Shown piece by piece: positions 9,318-18,653 of a DNA stretch of 64,000 nt. Positions within the stretch are counted from its first letter, which is position 1. Each line of letters opens with the position of its first letter. A program made the translations under genes and the position numbers. Origin of the DNA: a virus (lineage: Duplodnaviria; Caudoviricetes); IMG/VR virus record IMGVR_UViG_3300013005_000037, positions 8,546 to 72,545 of that record, one strand, 5' to 3'. Below the pieces are notes generated by a model, which was given only the letters and a program-made list of their open reading frames with translations, had not been told where the DNA came from and ran no database searches.

Positions 9318-10891
9318 TGCCAAAAGCAAAAGATAATTATATAGTATTTGGATTTGACCCCTATAAGTTTATAGAGGAAGGATTGGATATTGTAAAAAAA
9401 GATGGTTTAAGGACAATTTATAGCGAAAGTTCAGTTACAAGCGGTATGAGTGTCAGTGGTAAAGATTACAATTGGCACGGATATAAAAGCGGTTCGTCAA
9501 AATCTTTTGCAGAGCAATTTGATGTTAATTCTGGATTAGGAAGTTTTTTAGACCAAGATTTATTAACAAAGGTAGAGCAAGTTTATTCCAATATAAATGC
9601 CAAGTTAGATTTAGGTGGAGATTTTAAAGCATCGAGAATTAGATTTACTGAAAAACCATTAGGAATATTTTCATTTGCACAAGCTAGTAAAGGTTTGATT
9701 AGACCAGTAGAATATTATTCAAAAGAGGAAAATAAAATAATACCTCCAGATGATGTTTTTAAGGGCGAATTTAAGGAGCTAGATTATTTTTATTATAAAC
9801 ACGATGGCAGAGAAGTTATTGTGGAAAGAAGGCAAGAAGGCACTACAAAGATAGCCGAGAGTTGCACCGATGTACTTTTAAAAGAAGATGAACAAAGCAA
9901 ATTGTTTTTGCCATACAATGCAGAAGGTAAAATTGTAAACGAGTGTAAAGGAAATAAATTGAGATATGCTACAACCACAAAAAAGGTTTATGCTTATCGA
10001 GAAAAAAAAGGTGGAGGTATTGCTCCTTATGTAGATTTATACATTTCTACTGGCGGTATAGGTAGTGTTAATCCAGAACAAATGATTATACGTTCATTGC
10101 CAAATATTCTATTATCAAGGATATTGGAAAAAGCTGGTGTAAGGGTTAGAATATTTGCTTATTGGTCAAATAGAGATTACAATAAAGACAGAGATTTTAA
10201 CACTATGTTTATGTTAAAAAACTATGGAGAAACTATTGATTTAAACAAGATTGCAGTATTTTCTTCTGATACACGTTTTTATAGATATTGGTTAGCAAAC
10301 TCAACTGTTGGTTGGTATAAATTTATGTGTGGAGATGCTAAAAGTGGTTTTGACACAACTGGTACGCTTGACCCAACAACGTTTATGAGAGATATTTTAC
10401 CAATGGTTAGAAACTATGTAAGCTATAAAATCAATGTAGGAGAATTTCCATCGCAAGTTGTAAATAAGAAATTGATGTTATTTGCAAATATGGATGTTGA
10501 TGGTAGCGACAAAATAGAAACTCCAGAAATTGAGAAAAAAGTAATTGAAAAGTTTTATTCTATTTTAGATTATATTCAAATGCAGTTATCCAATACTCCA
10601 AGAAAGGTGTTGCAAGACATTATTAAAAGAGAAAAGGATAATGGAAAGTCTGAAAGTGAAATTAAAAGATATATTAGAAGCTCAATTACCAATGTATTGT
10701 CGCCAACCAAAGAATTTCAAAAACAAAGTCCAGCAGAATTGAAAAAGATGTTGGATAGCGGAAGTTTGACTAAAAAGGAATACGAAGAAAAATTAAGAGT
10801 GGAGATTATGTTAGACACACCGAAAGATGCAGATGATATAATCGAGGAGAGAGAAAAATTATTAAATATATTAAATACTTTAATACTATAA
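9317..10891 (+). CDS. divergent vWA-like partner of the MoxR ATPase
   Basis: Coupled to the AAA gene; VDLYISTGG..ILEKAGVRVRIFAY pattern typical of phage AAA partners; no canonical DxSxS. Confidence 0.5.
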   Translation: MPKAKDNYIVFGFDPYKFIEEGLDIVKKDGLRTIYSESSVTSGMSVSGKDYNWHGYKSGSSKSFAEQFDVNSGLGSFLDQDLLTKVEQVYSNINAKLDLGGDFKASRIRFTEKPLGIFSFAQASKGLIRPVEYYSKEENKIIPPDDVFKGEFKELDYFYYKHDGREVIVERRQEGTTKIAESCTDVLLKEDEQSKLFLPYNAEGKIVNECKGNKLRYATTTKKVYAYREKKGGGIAPYVDLYISTGGIGSVNPEQMIIRSLPNILLSRILEKAGVRVRIFAYWSNRDYNKDRDFNTMFMLKNYGETIDLNKIAVFSSDTRFYRYWLANSTVGWYKFMCGDAKSGFDTTGTLDPTTFMRDILPMVRNYVSYKINVGEFPSQVVNKKLMLFANMDVDGSDKIETPEIEKKVIEKFYSILDYIQMQLSNTPRKVLQDIIKREKDNGKSESEIKRYIRSSITNVLSPTKEFQKQSPAELKKMLDSGSLTKKEYEEKLRVEIMLDTPKDADDIIEEREKLLNILNTLIL

Positions 10892-10894
10892 AAA

Positions 10895-12604
10895 ATGAAT
10901 TTAGATAGAATTAGTATAAAAATGGGTGGTGCAAATACATCGTATATGTCTTTAGCTAAAATTTCTGATTTTAGTAAGTTATATACAACTATCTTATTTA
11001 TAGAAAAATCAAGTCCTCAAAAAATAAATACTGGAGATAGTATTCAAGCGTTTAATTTTAAAAATATTGAACAATTTAAAGGATTAAGACCATTTAATGC
11101 TTATACGCAAGAACAATTGCTTTTTTTGTATAATCAATATGGTTCAGATTTTCTATATCAAACAAAGCTTCATTCTGGGGATTTAGTTAGGTATAATGGA
11201 TTGAAGTATGTAGTATTAGGTATTGTGGTAAACACATACGCACAATGGAATATGCCAACACCTTTGTTGTTTAATCCAACTAACGTAAATAACGATTACA
11301 AATCTTTATACGGAAGCAGATTAACCGAAGAACAAATTAACAATAAAATCAATGATAATTTCCAAGCTGGAAAATATGATGCTGATATGGTTATTCCTTT
11401 GGTAGATGCAAATGATTTTTCAGAATACATAACTGTAATAGAGCCAAGACCAACAAAGGAAGAAGTAGAATTAATGTTTGATTCAGTTAAAGCAGAAAAA
11501 GACCTTACAATTAAATCTCAAAAGGATGTTTTTATTGATACTATGTTGCGTTTGAGAGGTAATGAAATAAATAAAATCAAAGAGGTTAATGAAGATTTAT
11601 TTAAAGGTGTTCAAACTTTGTTATTGTCGGTAAATAAAGCGGTAAACGAGCAAATAGAAATGCTACCAGAACCAGCAGTTGAAAAACCAGCAAGAAAACC
11701 AAGAGAGAAAAAAGTTGTTGAAGAAGTAGAGCCAGTTGTGGAAATAGATTCAGATGAATTGCCAGATTTTATTGCTGAATTTACAATTGTAAAAGATTTG
11801 CCAGAGCCAATTATCAAATTAGCTCGTTTTAGAAGAAAAAAGCAAGGTAAAAGGGGAGATATTGATTTAGGACTTACATTAACAAGTGCTTTTAATTGGG
11901 ATGATAGTTCAGAAGGTTTAAATTTTTGGATGAAAATATCAAATAAAGGCGATTTAAGAGAGTTCAAAAAACTTTATGGTAACAAAGGAGAAAAGGTTGA
12001 TACATTAATTGCAAAAGAACCAAAAGTTACAACGCAAGAAGTTAAACGTGTAGATATAATTTTATATCCACCAGAGGGAGGGGTTTTAGAAATTAAAACA
12101 GATTGTTTGTATGAATTATTTGAGGTTAGTAGATTTGTTTTAACTAAATATAAAAGCACTACAAGAAAGTTTAATTTTCAAGTAATTACAGATTCTGGAA
12201 GTCATACAACAGAACTTTATTTTAGCGGAGATGATTCACAAGATGAATTTTTAAAATCATTAGTTGAACGGTATTATACTTTTGTAAAGCCAGAATTAAA
12301 CTGGAAAAATTTTGATGAAAGACAAGCTGATATTGATAAGATTAAATTAAACGAAGAAATTATAAATGATGCTTATCCAGAACCAAAACCAAAACCAGTT
12401 GAAAAACCAAAACCAGTAGCGGTAGAAAAACCAAAACCAGTTAAAATAGAAAAGCCAAAGCCAGTTAAGGTAGAGAAGCCAAAACCAGTTGTAGTTGAAA
12501 AGCCAAAACCAGTCAAGGTAGAAAAACCAAAACCAGTTAAAGTAACAAAACCAAAAGTGGAAGATGACCTTTCCTTTTTAGATGATTTAGACAATATATT
12601 TTAA
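10895..12604 (+). CDS. hypothetical protein with C-terminal KPKPV repeats
   Basis: 569 aa; about 8 (V/I)EKPKPV units at 12380-12555. Confidence 0.7.
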   Translation: MNLDRISIKMGGANTSYMSLAKISDFSKLYTTILFIEKSSPQKINTGDSIQAFNFKNIEQFKGLRPFNAYTQEQLLFLYNQYGSDFLYQTKLHSGDLVRYNGLKYVVLGIVVNTYAQWNMPTPLLFNPTNVNNDYKSLYGSRLTEEQINNKINDNFQAGKYDADMVIPLVDANDFSEYITVIEPRPTKEEVELMFDSVKAEKDLTIKSQKDVFIDTMLRLRGNEINKIKEVNEDLFKGVQTLLLSVNKAVNEQIEMLPEPAVEKPARKPREKKVVEEVEPVVEIDSDELPDFIAEFTIVKDLPEPIIKLARFRRKKQGKRGDIDLGLTLTSAFNWDDSSEGLNFWMKISNKGDLREFKKLYGNKGEKVDTLIAKEPKVTTQEVKRVDIILYPPEGGVLEIKTDCLYELFEVSRFVLTKYKSTTRKFNFQVITDSGSHTTELYFSGDDSQDEFLKSLVERYYTFVKPELNWKNFDERQADIDKIKLNEEIINDAYPEPKPKPVEKPKPVAVEKPKPVKIEKPKPVKVEKPKPVVVEKPKPVKVEKPKPVKVTKPKVEDDLSFLDDLDNIF

Positions 12605-12615
12605 AAACAAAGATT

Positions 12616-15381
12616 ATGACTATTAAACAAAAATTCAGTTCAATTGACCAAAGCAAATTAACTGCCGACCAAAAATCATTTTTAGATAAAATTAAAAATG
12701 TAACAAAAAACTTTTCCGATGCTGAAATGAATAAAAAGGTGGAACAACCTTTGGATAACTTTATTTCAAAAGCAAAAGAAAAAATGCCAGAAGCAATTAA
12801 GTCTGCTCCAGTAAAAAAAACTGCTAGTGCTAAACCAAGTCAAACCAGAAAACCAAAACGTACTGCAATGTCTTTGGCTAAAGAAATTCGTAAAGAAGGC
12901 GAAAGTTGGTCGGATGCAAGAGCAAGAGCAAGTAAAATGATGAAAGAAGATAGTAAGGATTTAAGCAAAACTGTTGAAACCGAACTTGACAAATTAAGTA
13001 AACTTGTAAAAAGTGCAAAAACAAGAGCTAAACTTGCTGGTATTTCTGGTACTGATATTAAAAGAGATGCGGTAAGAAGGGCAAAACCAAGAGGTGCAAG
13101 AAAGGTAACTCACTCTGGAGAAACTTCTAATCAATATGGAACGTTTAGTAATAAGCTAGGTAGAAAATACTACGAGAGTAGAGATAGGCACTCTGATAGA
13201 CTTGCTCCAAATTATCCAAAAAATGCTCCTTTGTTAGAAAATGGTGCGTATTTGACAGACCCTACATTTGGTAGTTTTCAAAATCAAGTTTTAGCCGAAG
13301 GTGGAGATATTAATGCCTTTACTTTAAGAATGGTAAAAAGCAATGGTATGCAACCAGCGGAAGTTTTGAAAGAAGATACAAATGTAAAATATGCTGGTGG
13401 TGGAATATTTGGAAGTAGCAGACCAAAGTCAGCTTTAATGAGAGATAGAAAAAATGTAAATCATTCAGAAGATTATGAAGTAAGATATTCTAAACCAAGA
13501 CCAAGTAGAAGTGGTTATAGCGGTAATAGAAAATTTGCTGGAGGAGGTAGAGTAGAATCTTTAACTAAAGAATTGCATAAACTTCAAAGAGAGCTTAATA
13601 GCAGTCGTTTAAGTACTTATATAGAAGGAGATGTTTCACAAGAAGCTATTAATAGAGAAAATGAAAGAGCAGTAAAACTTGCTCGTTTTAATGAAGTTTT
13701 GAAAGAATTAAGAGAATCAGATGCAAAATTTGCATTAGGTGGAACTGTTGTTTCAGATTTAGCTGGACACACTGCTGGTGGCGATGGAGGTTTAAATGCT
13801 GGTATGCCTTTAGATGGTTTTAGCAATACTTCTTATACTGGATTAGTTGGAGAAACTGGTGCGATGTCAAGTGGAGAAATGTTTATGGCTGGTGGTTCTG
13901 TTAATCCAAAATTTGATTTAACTGGTTTTAAAATGTTGAGAATGTTTAAAACTTTAATTGAAGCAAAAAATTATGCCGATGAATCAAGAAAAAAATTTCC
14001 TAATGAAAAAACAATAGTAATTGATACTGGTAAAGACACCTATCCTTATGAAGTTTACGGAACTGAATCTTTTAATAAAGGCAAATTTGGTAACAGAGTT
14101 TATGCAAATGGTGGTGGACTTCCAGAATTTTCACAACAATCTTATATGATTACAGAAGCATTAGGAAACCCAGCACAACATTTTAAAGTTGGAGGTACAA
14201 TAAAAAATCAATATGATGGAAGAACGCCAGAAGATATTTGGGATAGTTTAAGTATTCAACAAAGAAAGCATTTTTTATTAGACCATTACTATATTAATGA
14301 AGAAGAATTTGAGCAACTTCAATATAAGCGTTTAGAATCAGAAGATAAAGAAATTATTGATTATTACGCTAATAGAACTTGGAAAAAATTATCTGGAGAT
14401 GTTAGAAAAGCATTTACTTCTCACGTTAAAGAAGGTCAATATAATAAAGGCGGTGCATTAACAAACGAAAGATTACACGTTAACCACGATGAAGATTACG
14501 AAGTAAGATACGCTAAACCAAGACCAAGTAGAAAAGGTTACAAAGGAGTAAGAAAATTTATGGCTGGAGGAATGAACGAAAACACACCAAGAATTTACGT
14601 TGCTGATTTAGAAGCCTACAATAGCGGAAGATTAGTTGGAGAATGGTTGGATTTAGCTGACTATAACGATGCTGATGAATTAATGGATGCTATTCAAAAT
14701 TTATTAGATGGTTGGGGAGTTGAGGAATATGCTATTCACGATGTTGAGTATGTACCAAGCAGTATGTATTCAGAATATATGGGCGAAAGAGATTTTAAAC
14801 AATTATATGAAATGATGGATTTAGCAAAAGATAACAATTTGCCATTAGAAGTAGTTCAAGAAATTGTTAGTCAATATAGCGAAAGTGCAGTTGATGAATT
14901 TCAAGGGAAATACGATAGCGCAACTGATTTTGCTGAACAATTAGTAGATGATTTAGGTGGTATTCAAAACTTTAATGATTTTGAGTATTATTTAGATATT
15001 TATGAAACTGATAGAAGATTATTAGCGCAAGAAATGGCTGATAGCTATGTAGATGATATTGTAGGCGAAGATGGCGGAAATAGAATAATTGAGGAAGCTG
15101 GTTTAAATGTTGACGAGTACGAAGATGCAAGTGAGGAAACTAAAGAAGAATTGATTGATTTGGCAAGAAGTATGGTTTATGATGAATATTACGATACTTG
15201 GTACGAAGGATTAAATGACCCTTATAACTTTTTAGTAGAAGAACAAGGAATGTATGATGCTGAAAGTTTTGCCAACGCAAGTTTTGTAAGAGTTGATTAT
15301 GATAAATTAGCAGAAGCATTAGAGCAAGATTATACTATGATTAGCTACGATGGAGATGTTTATGTGTTTAATATTAGATAA
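12616..15381 (+). CDS. polyvalent protein 2 with about 10 GG motifs and a C-terminal ArdA-like antirestriction domain
   Basis: LAEGG, YAGGG, FAGGG, FALGG, FMAGG x2, YANGG, FKVGG, YNKGG; RIYVADLEAYNSGRLVGEW..EEYAIHD plus a strongly acidic tail. Confidence 0.78.
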   Translation: MTIKQKFSSIDQSKLTADQKSFLDKIKNVTKNFSDAEMNKKVEQPLDNFISKAKEKMPEAIKSAPVKKTASAKPSQTRKPKRTAMSLAKEIRKEGESWSDARARASKMMKEDSKDLSKTVETELDKLSKLVKSAKTRAKLAGISGTDIKRDAVRRAKPRGARKVTHSGETSNQYGTFSNKLGRKYYESRDRHSDRLAPNYPKNAPLLENGAYLTDPTFGSFQNQVLAEGGDINAFTLRMVKSNGMQPAEVLKEDTNVKYAGGGIFGSSRPKSALMRDRKNVNHSEDYEVRYSKPRPSRSGYSGNRKFAGGGRVESLTKELHKLQRELNSSRLSTYIEGDVSQEAINRENERAVKLARFNEVLKELRESDAKFALGGTVVSDLAGHTAGGDGGLNAGMPLDGFSNTSYTGLVGETGAMSSGEMFMAGGSVNPKFDLTGFKMLRMFKTLIEAKNYADESRKKFPNEKTIVIDTGKDTYPYEVYGTESFNKGKFGNRVYANGGGLPEFSQQSYMITEALGNPAQHFKVGGTIKNQYDGRTPEDIWDSLSIQQRKHFLLDHYYINEEEFEQLQYKRLESEDKEIIDYYANRTWKKLSGDVRKAFTSHVKEGQYNKGGALTNERLHVNHDEDYEVRYAKPRPSRKGYKGVRKFMAGGMNENTPRIYVADLEAYNSGRLVGEWLDLADYNDADELMDAIQNLLDGWGVEEYAIHDVEYVPSSMYSEYMGERDFKQLYEMMDLAKDNNLPLEVVQEIVSQYSESAVDEFQGKYDSATDFAEQLVDDLGGIQNFNDFEYYLDIYETDRRLLAQEMADSYVDDIVGEDGGNRIIEEAGLNVDEYEDASEETKEELIDLARSMVYDEYYDTWYEGLNDPYNFLVEEQGMYDAESFANASFVRVDYDKLAEALEQDYTMISYDGDVYVFNIR
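14572..15381 (+). other. ardA: ArdA-like DNA-mimic domain within polyvalent protein 2
   Basis: ArdA N-terminal signature (RIYVADL.AYN.G.L.G.W); very high D/E content; begins directly after FMAGG. Confidence 0.75.
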
Positions 15382-15389
15382 TTAAAAGT

Positions 15390-16592
15390 ATGAAAGAGAT
15401 TAAAAAAAGTGCCAGTTTTACAAGTAAGCAAAAAGGTAAAGATGTAAAATTCAATATTGATTTGAATTATAGTCCAGAATACGATAGTTTTATTATTAAA
15501 ATAAAAGAGGGCGAAGGATTTATGGCTTATAGTTCAAATATTGAACGTATGCCTTTAAAGGTAATTCAAAAGCTAAATGAAATGCTGGAAGAAGTTTTGA
15601 TTAAAGCTGGTTCTGAAACAGAAATGGAAAAACAAAAAATGTCAAATGGTGGCGATTTCCAAGCTGGGGTTTATGCTAAAGGCGGTTCGCTTCAAGCACA
15701 CGGAATTGAAATAGGAGATACATTTGTAAAAACTATTTCTGGAAACATTCAGAAAATAAAAGATAAAAACGGAAAAATTGTTTACGTTGATTTATCTACT
15801 GGAGAAAGAGATTCACAACCACCACTACCTTTTGAAAATGGTGGTGGAATTGGTATGGAAGAAGATAAAGATACTTGGCAAAATTTATTAGAGCAATTTG
15901 GATTCAAAAAGGGTCGAAGTAGGTATGGTTTAGATATGTATTATAAGAATGGTTATACTGCTTCTGTTGATAAAAATTTAAGAAACGTTGATTTAATGTT
16001 TGAAGATAATGTTCTTTACAAAGGATATAGTATTCAAGGTTTATTATATACGTTAGAAAATCAATTTGGAAAAACCAAAATGGCTACTGGAGGTGCGTTA
16101 GTAGGAAACCAAAAGCGTATTGATATGAACAAAAATGGTAAAATTGATGCAGAGGATTTTAAACTTTTGCGTTCTAGTATGAATGGTGCGTGGAGAAACG
16201 AAAGGAAACACGTTAATCATAATGAAGATTACGAAGTACGTTATGCCAGAAAAAAACCAAGCCGAACTGGTTACAAAGGTAAAAGGAAATTTGAAGGTGG
16301 CGGTGGAATATCAAACTTTGAAAGATTTTCAAACGTAGTAGCCAAGAATTACGAAGGAAAGTCAGTTAAACCAAAGTACCAAAAAGAGTATGGCAAAACG
16401 TATAGTAAGTCAGAAGCTAAACAAGTTGGTAATAGGGTAGCTGGAAAAGTTAAAATGATGAAAAAAGCTGAATCTGGTGCAGAAGTAAAAAAAGGCAATA
16501 GAGGTGGAGTTATGGTTTTAGCTAAAAAAATTCGTAAGGATGGAGAGAGCTGGAAGGATGCTTTGAAAAGAGCTGGACAACAACTGAAATAA
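15390..16592 (+). CDS. polyvalent/core protein 3, basic, with GG motifs
   Basis: MSNGG, YAKGG, FENGG, MATGG, FEGGG; shares the HVNH-EDYEVRY and AKxIRKxGESW modules with 12616..15381. Confidence 0.7.
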   Translation: MKEIKKSASFTSKQKGKDVKFNIDLNYSPEYDSFIIKIKEGEGFMAYSSNIERMPLKVIQKLNEMLEEVLIKAGSETEMEKQKMSNGGDFQAGVYAKGGSLQAHGIEIGDTFVKTISGNIQKIKDKNGKIVYVDLSTGERDSQPPLPFENGGGIGMEEDKDTWQNLLEQFGFKKGRSRYGLDMYYKNGYTASVDKNLRNVDLMFEDNVLYKGYSIQGLLYTLENQFGKTKMATGGALVGNQKRIDMNKNGKIDAEDFKLLRSSMNGAWRNERKHVNHNEDYEVRYARKKPSRTGYKGKRKFEGGGGISNFERFSNVVAKNYEGKSVKPKYQKEYGKTYSKSEAKQVGNRVAGKVKMMKKAESGAEVKKGNRGGVMVLAKKIRKDGESWKDALKRAGQQLK

Positions 16593-16635
16593 TTAAAAAC
16601 TAGGCATTTATTTAATATTACTAATAATAATTTTT

Positions 16636-16643
16636 TATATTTG
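16636..16643 (+). promoter_or_regulatory. Bacteroidota-type -7 element (TATATTTG)
   Basis: Consensus match upstream of the membrane-protein operon. Confidence 0.6.
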
Positions 16644-16675
16644 TGCAGTAAATCAAACTTAATAATATAAACACT

Positions 16676-17089
16676 ATGGGAAAAATTGAAATTTTATTAG
16701 AAAAATTAGACAACACAATAACATCTTCTTTGGCTAAAAGATTAGATACATTAGATGATTTAAGTGAAAAACTTGAAGCTTCTGGAGAGGATTATGAAAA
16801 AAATCCATCGGATGAAAACAGAGATAGTTACAATGAAGTAATTGACTATGTTGAAAAAATGGAGAATGGTATTATACGAGATTTAGAAGCGTTATTAGAC
16901 AAAAGAAAAGCGGAGGAATTAGCTAAACAAACACCAGCAACACCACCAGCACCAGAAACACCACCAGTAAACCCAACCCCACCAAGTAGTGAGGAGAAAA
17001 AAGAAGGTTCTGGAATTTTGACTTTGGTTGTGGGTAGTGTTTTATTAGTTGCAAGTTTGGGGGCAATTAATTACTTCCGAAAACAATAG
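16676..17089 (+). CDS. C-terminally anchored membrane protein (coiled coil, Pro linker, TM)
   Basis: ILTLVVGSVLLVASLGAINYFRKQ. Confidence 0.75.
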   Translation: MGKIEILLEKLDNTITSSLAKRLDTLDDLSEKLEASGEDYEKNPSDENRDSYNEVIDYVEKMENGIIRDLEALLDKRKAEELAKQTPATPPAPETPPVNPTPPSSEEKKEGSGILTLVVGSVLLVASLGAINYFRKQ

Positions 17090-17123
17090 TAAACAATAAT
17101 TAATAAGTTAAAAATTAAAAAAA

Positions 17124-17462
17124 ATGGTAAACAAAAAAGTAATTTACGGAGTTGGAGCAGTAGTTGTATTAGGCGTAGCTTATTATGCAATGAAAAAAAA
17201 GAAAGGATTACCTAGTTCTTCAAGTAATGTTCCAGCAGTTTTGGCAAAAAACAATTATCCAGTTAGTTTGAGTGGAGATACACAAGGTAGTGTTTGGATA
17301 GTTATTGATGGAAAAAAATATGCGGTTGGAGGTACACAAGCTCTAATTGATTATGGTCTTGACCCAGCAAAATATCCATACACAGTACTAACACAAGCCG
17401 AGTTAGATGCAATACCAACTGACGGACAAATTAATCTAAAAGGCGTAATTCAAAAATATTAA
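17124..17462 (+). CDS. N-terminally anchored membrane protein
   Basis: VIYGVGAVVVLGVAYYAMKKKK. Confidence 0.75.
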   Translation: MVNKKVIYGVGAVVVLGVAYYAMKKKKGLPSSSSNVPAVLAKNNYPVSLSGDTQGSVWIVIDGKKYAVGGTQALIDYGLDPAKYPYTVLTQAELDAIPTDGQINLKGVIQKY

Positions 17463-17474
17463 ATTATTTTATAA

Positions 17475-17768
17475 TTGGCTTATAAAATTTTACCATATAG
17501 CTTTAGAAAGGCAAAGGACTTGGGGGTGGAAATAAAACCATCCTCAAATGTCCTTAAAAAAATTGATGTCTATAAAAAGGGTAAAAAAGTTGCTTCAATA
17601 GGTGCAAAAGGTATGAATGATTACCCAACTTATCTAGCAAAAGAAAAAAAAGGGTACTATGAAAAAGGGTACGCTAATAAAAGAAGAAAATTGTATAAAG
17701 ACCGACACGAAAAAGACAGACACGTTTTAGGTAGTGCTGGTTATTATGCGGATAAAATTTTATGGTAA
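17475..17768 (+). CDS. small basic protein, DUF5754-like
   Basis: TTG start; KKVASIGAKGMNDY..RRKLYKDRH..SAGYYADKILW resembles a family I recall from giant/polinton-like viruses. Confidence 0.6.
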   Translation: MAYKILPYSFRKAKDLGVEIKPSSNVLKKIDVYKKGKKVASIGAKGMNDYPTYLAKEKKGYYEKGYANKRRKLYKDRHEKDRHVLGSAGYYADKILW

Positions 17769-17936
17769 ATGGCAAATAAAAAGAAAATAATATTAATATC
17801 AACCGCTATTATATTAGCAGTAGGTGGGTTTGCAATTACGCAATGGTGGATAAAAAGAGTAACAAGGATTAGAGGTGGTATTGTTGTTAAACAAGAATAT
17901 ACAGAGCCTACTAATACAGAACCTTTAACAGAATAA
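17769..17936 (+). CDS. 55-aa membrane peptide absent from the ORF track
   Basis: MANKKKIILISTAIILAVGGFAITQWWIKR...; fills the gap between flanking genes exactly. Confidence 0.7.
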   Translation: MANKKKIILISTAIILAVGGFAITQWWIKRVTRIRGGIVVKQEYTEPTNTEPLTE

Positions 17937-17938
17937 TT

Positions 17939-18652
17939 ATGTTTAGTAAAGTTATAATTACATATCCAGATTTGAATAGAAGTTACGCTGAAAGTAAAAG
18001 CGTAAACTACTCTCAACCAAATATTATAAGAGGAAACACCGCTTTATTAAAATCTATTTTTTTAACAAATAAAACTTCTATAAAAAAATGGGGTACTATT
18101 TTTGAAATAGATGATTCTATTATAGCTAATTTTATAACTGCTGAAAGTGGTGGTAAAGATTTAGCTCCTAGAGGTTCTGCTCAAATTACTGGCTTAATGC
18201 AAGTTTCAACAGACACAGTTTGGGAAGTTTTAGCTAAATGGAAGTCAATGACTGGTTCTGATTTACCTTTGGAAGCAAAGGCTTATTTTGAAAAAGTATT
18301 ACCAGAAATTAAAAATTTCAATCCAAATGTTTTACCTAATTCTACTTTGAAAAATAAAATAGCAAATCTTTTGTTTAAAAATAGAGAGTTTAGTATTGCT
18401 ATTGGTACTGCAAATATTAGATGGTTGCTTGAAGCTTACTCTAACGGTGTTACTTCTCCTATCAACAAGGTTATGGTTGGGTATAATGCTGGATATTATG
18501 GAACAAAAGCAAAAATGAAAGGCAGTCCTACTACTTTAACTTTAGTAAGCAACAAATCATTGCCTTTAGAAAGTAGAAATTATCTTTTGAAGATGCTAGG
18601 GAAAGATGGATTTATTCAATTGTTTTTTGATAATAAAATGAACCTTTTGTAA
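17939..18652 (+). CDS. SLT-like lytic transglycosylase
   Basis: ITAESGG (catalytic Glu), GLMQV, YNAG. Confidence 0.82.
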   Translation: MFSKVIITYPDLNRSYAESKSVNYSQPNIIRGNTALLKSIFLTNKTSIKKWGTIFEIDDSIIANFITAESGGKDLAPRGSAQITGLMQVSTDTVWEVLAKWKSMTGSDLPLEAKAYFEKVLPEIKNFNPNVLPNSTLKNKIANLLFKNREFSIAIGTANIRWLLEAYSNGVTSPINKVMVGYNAGYYGTKAKMKGSPTTLTLVSNKSLPLESRNYLLKMLGKDGFIQLFFDNKMNLL

Positions 18653-18653
18653 T

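Noticed and set aside
10895-12604. KPKPV repeats as a TonB protein
   Set aside because: No N-terminal TM or TonB C-domain; this is a low-complexity linker only
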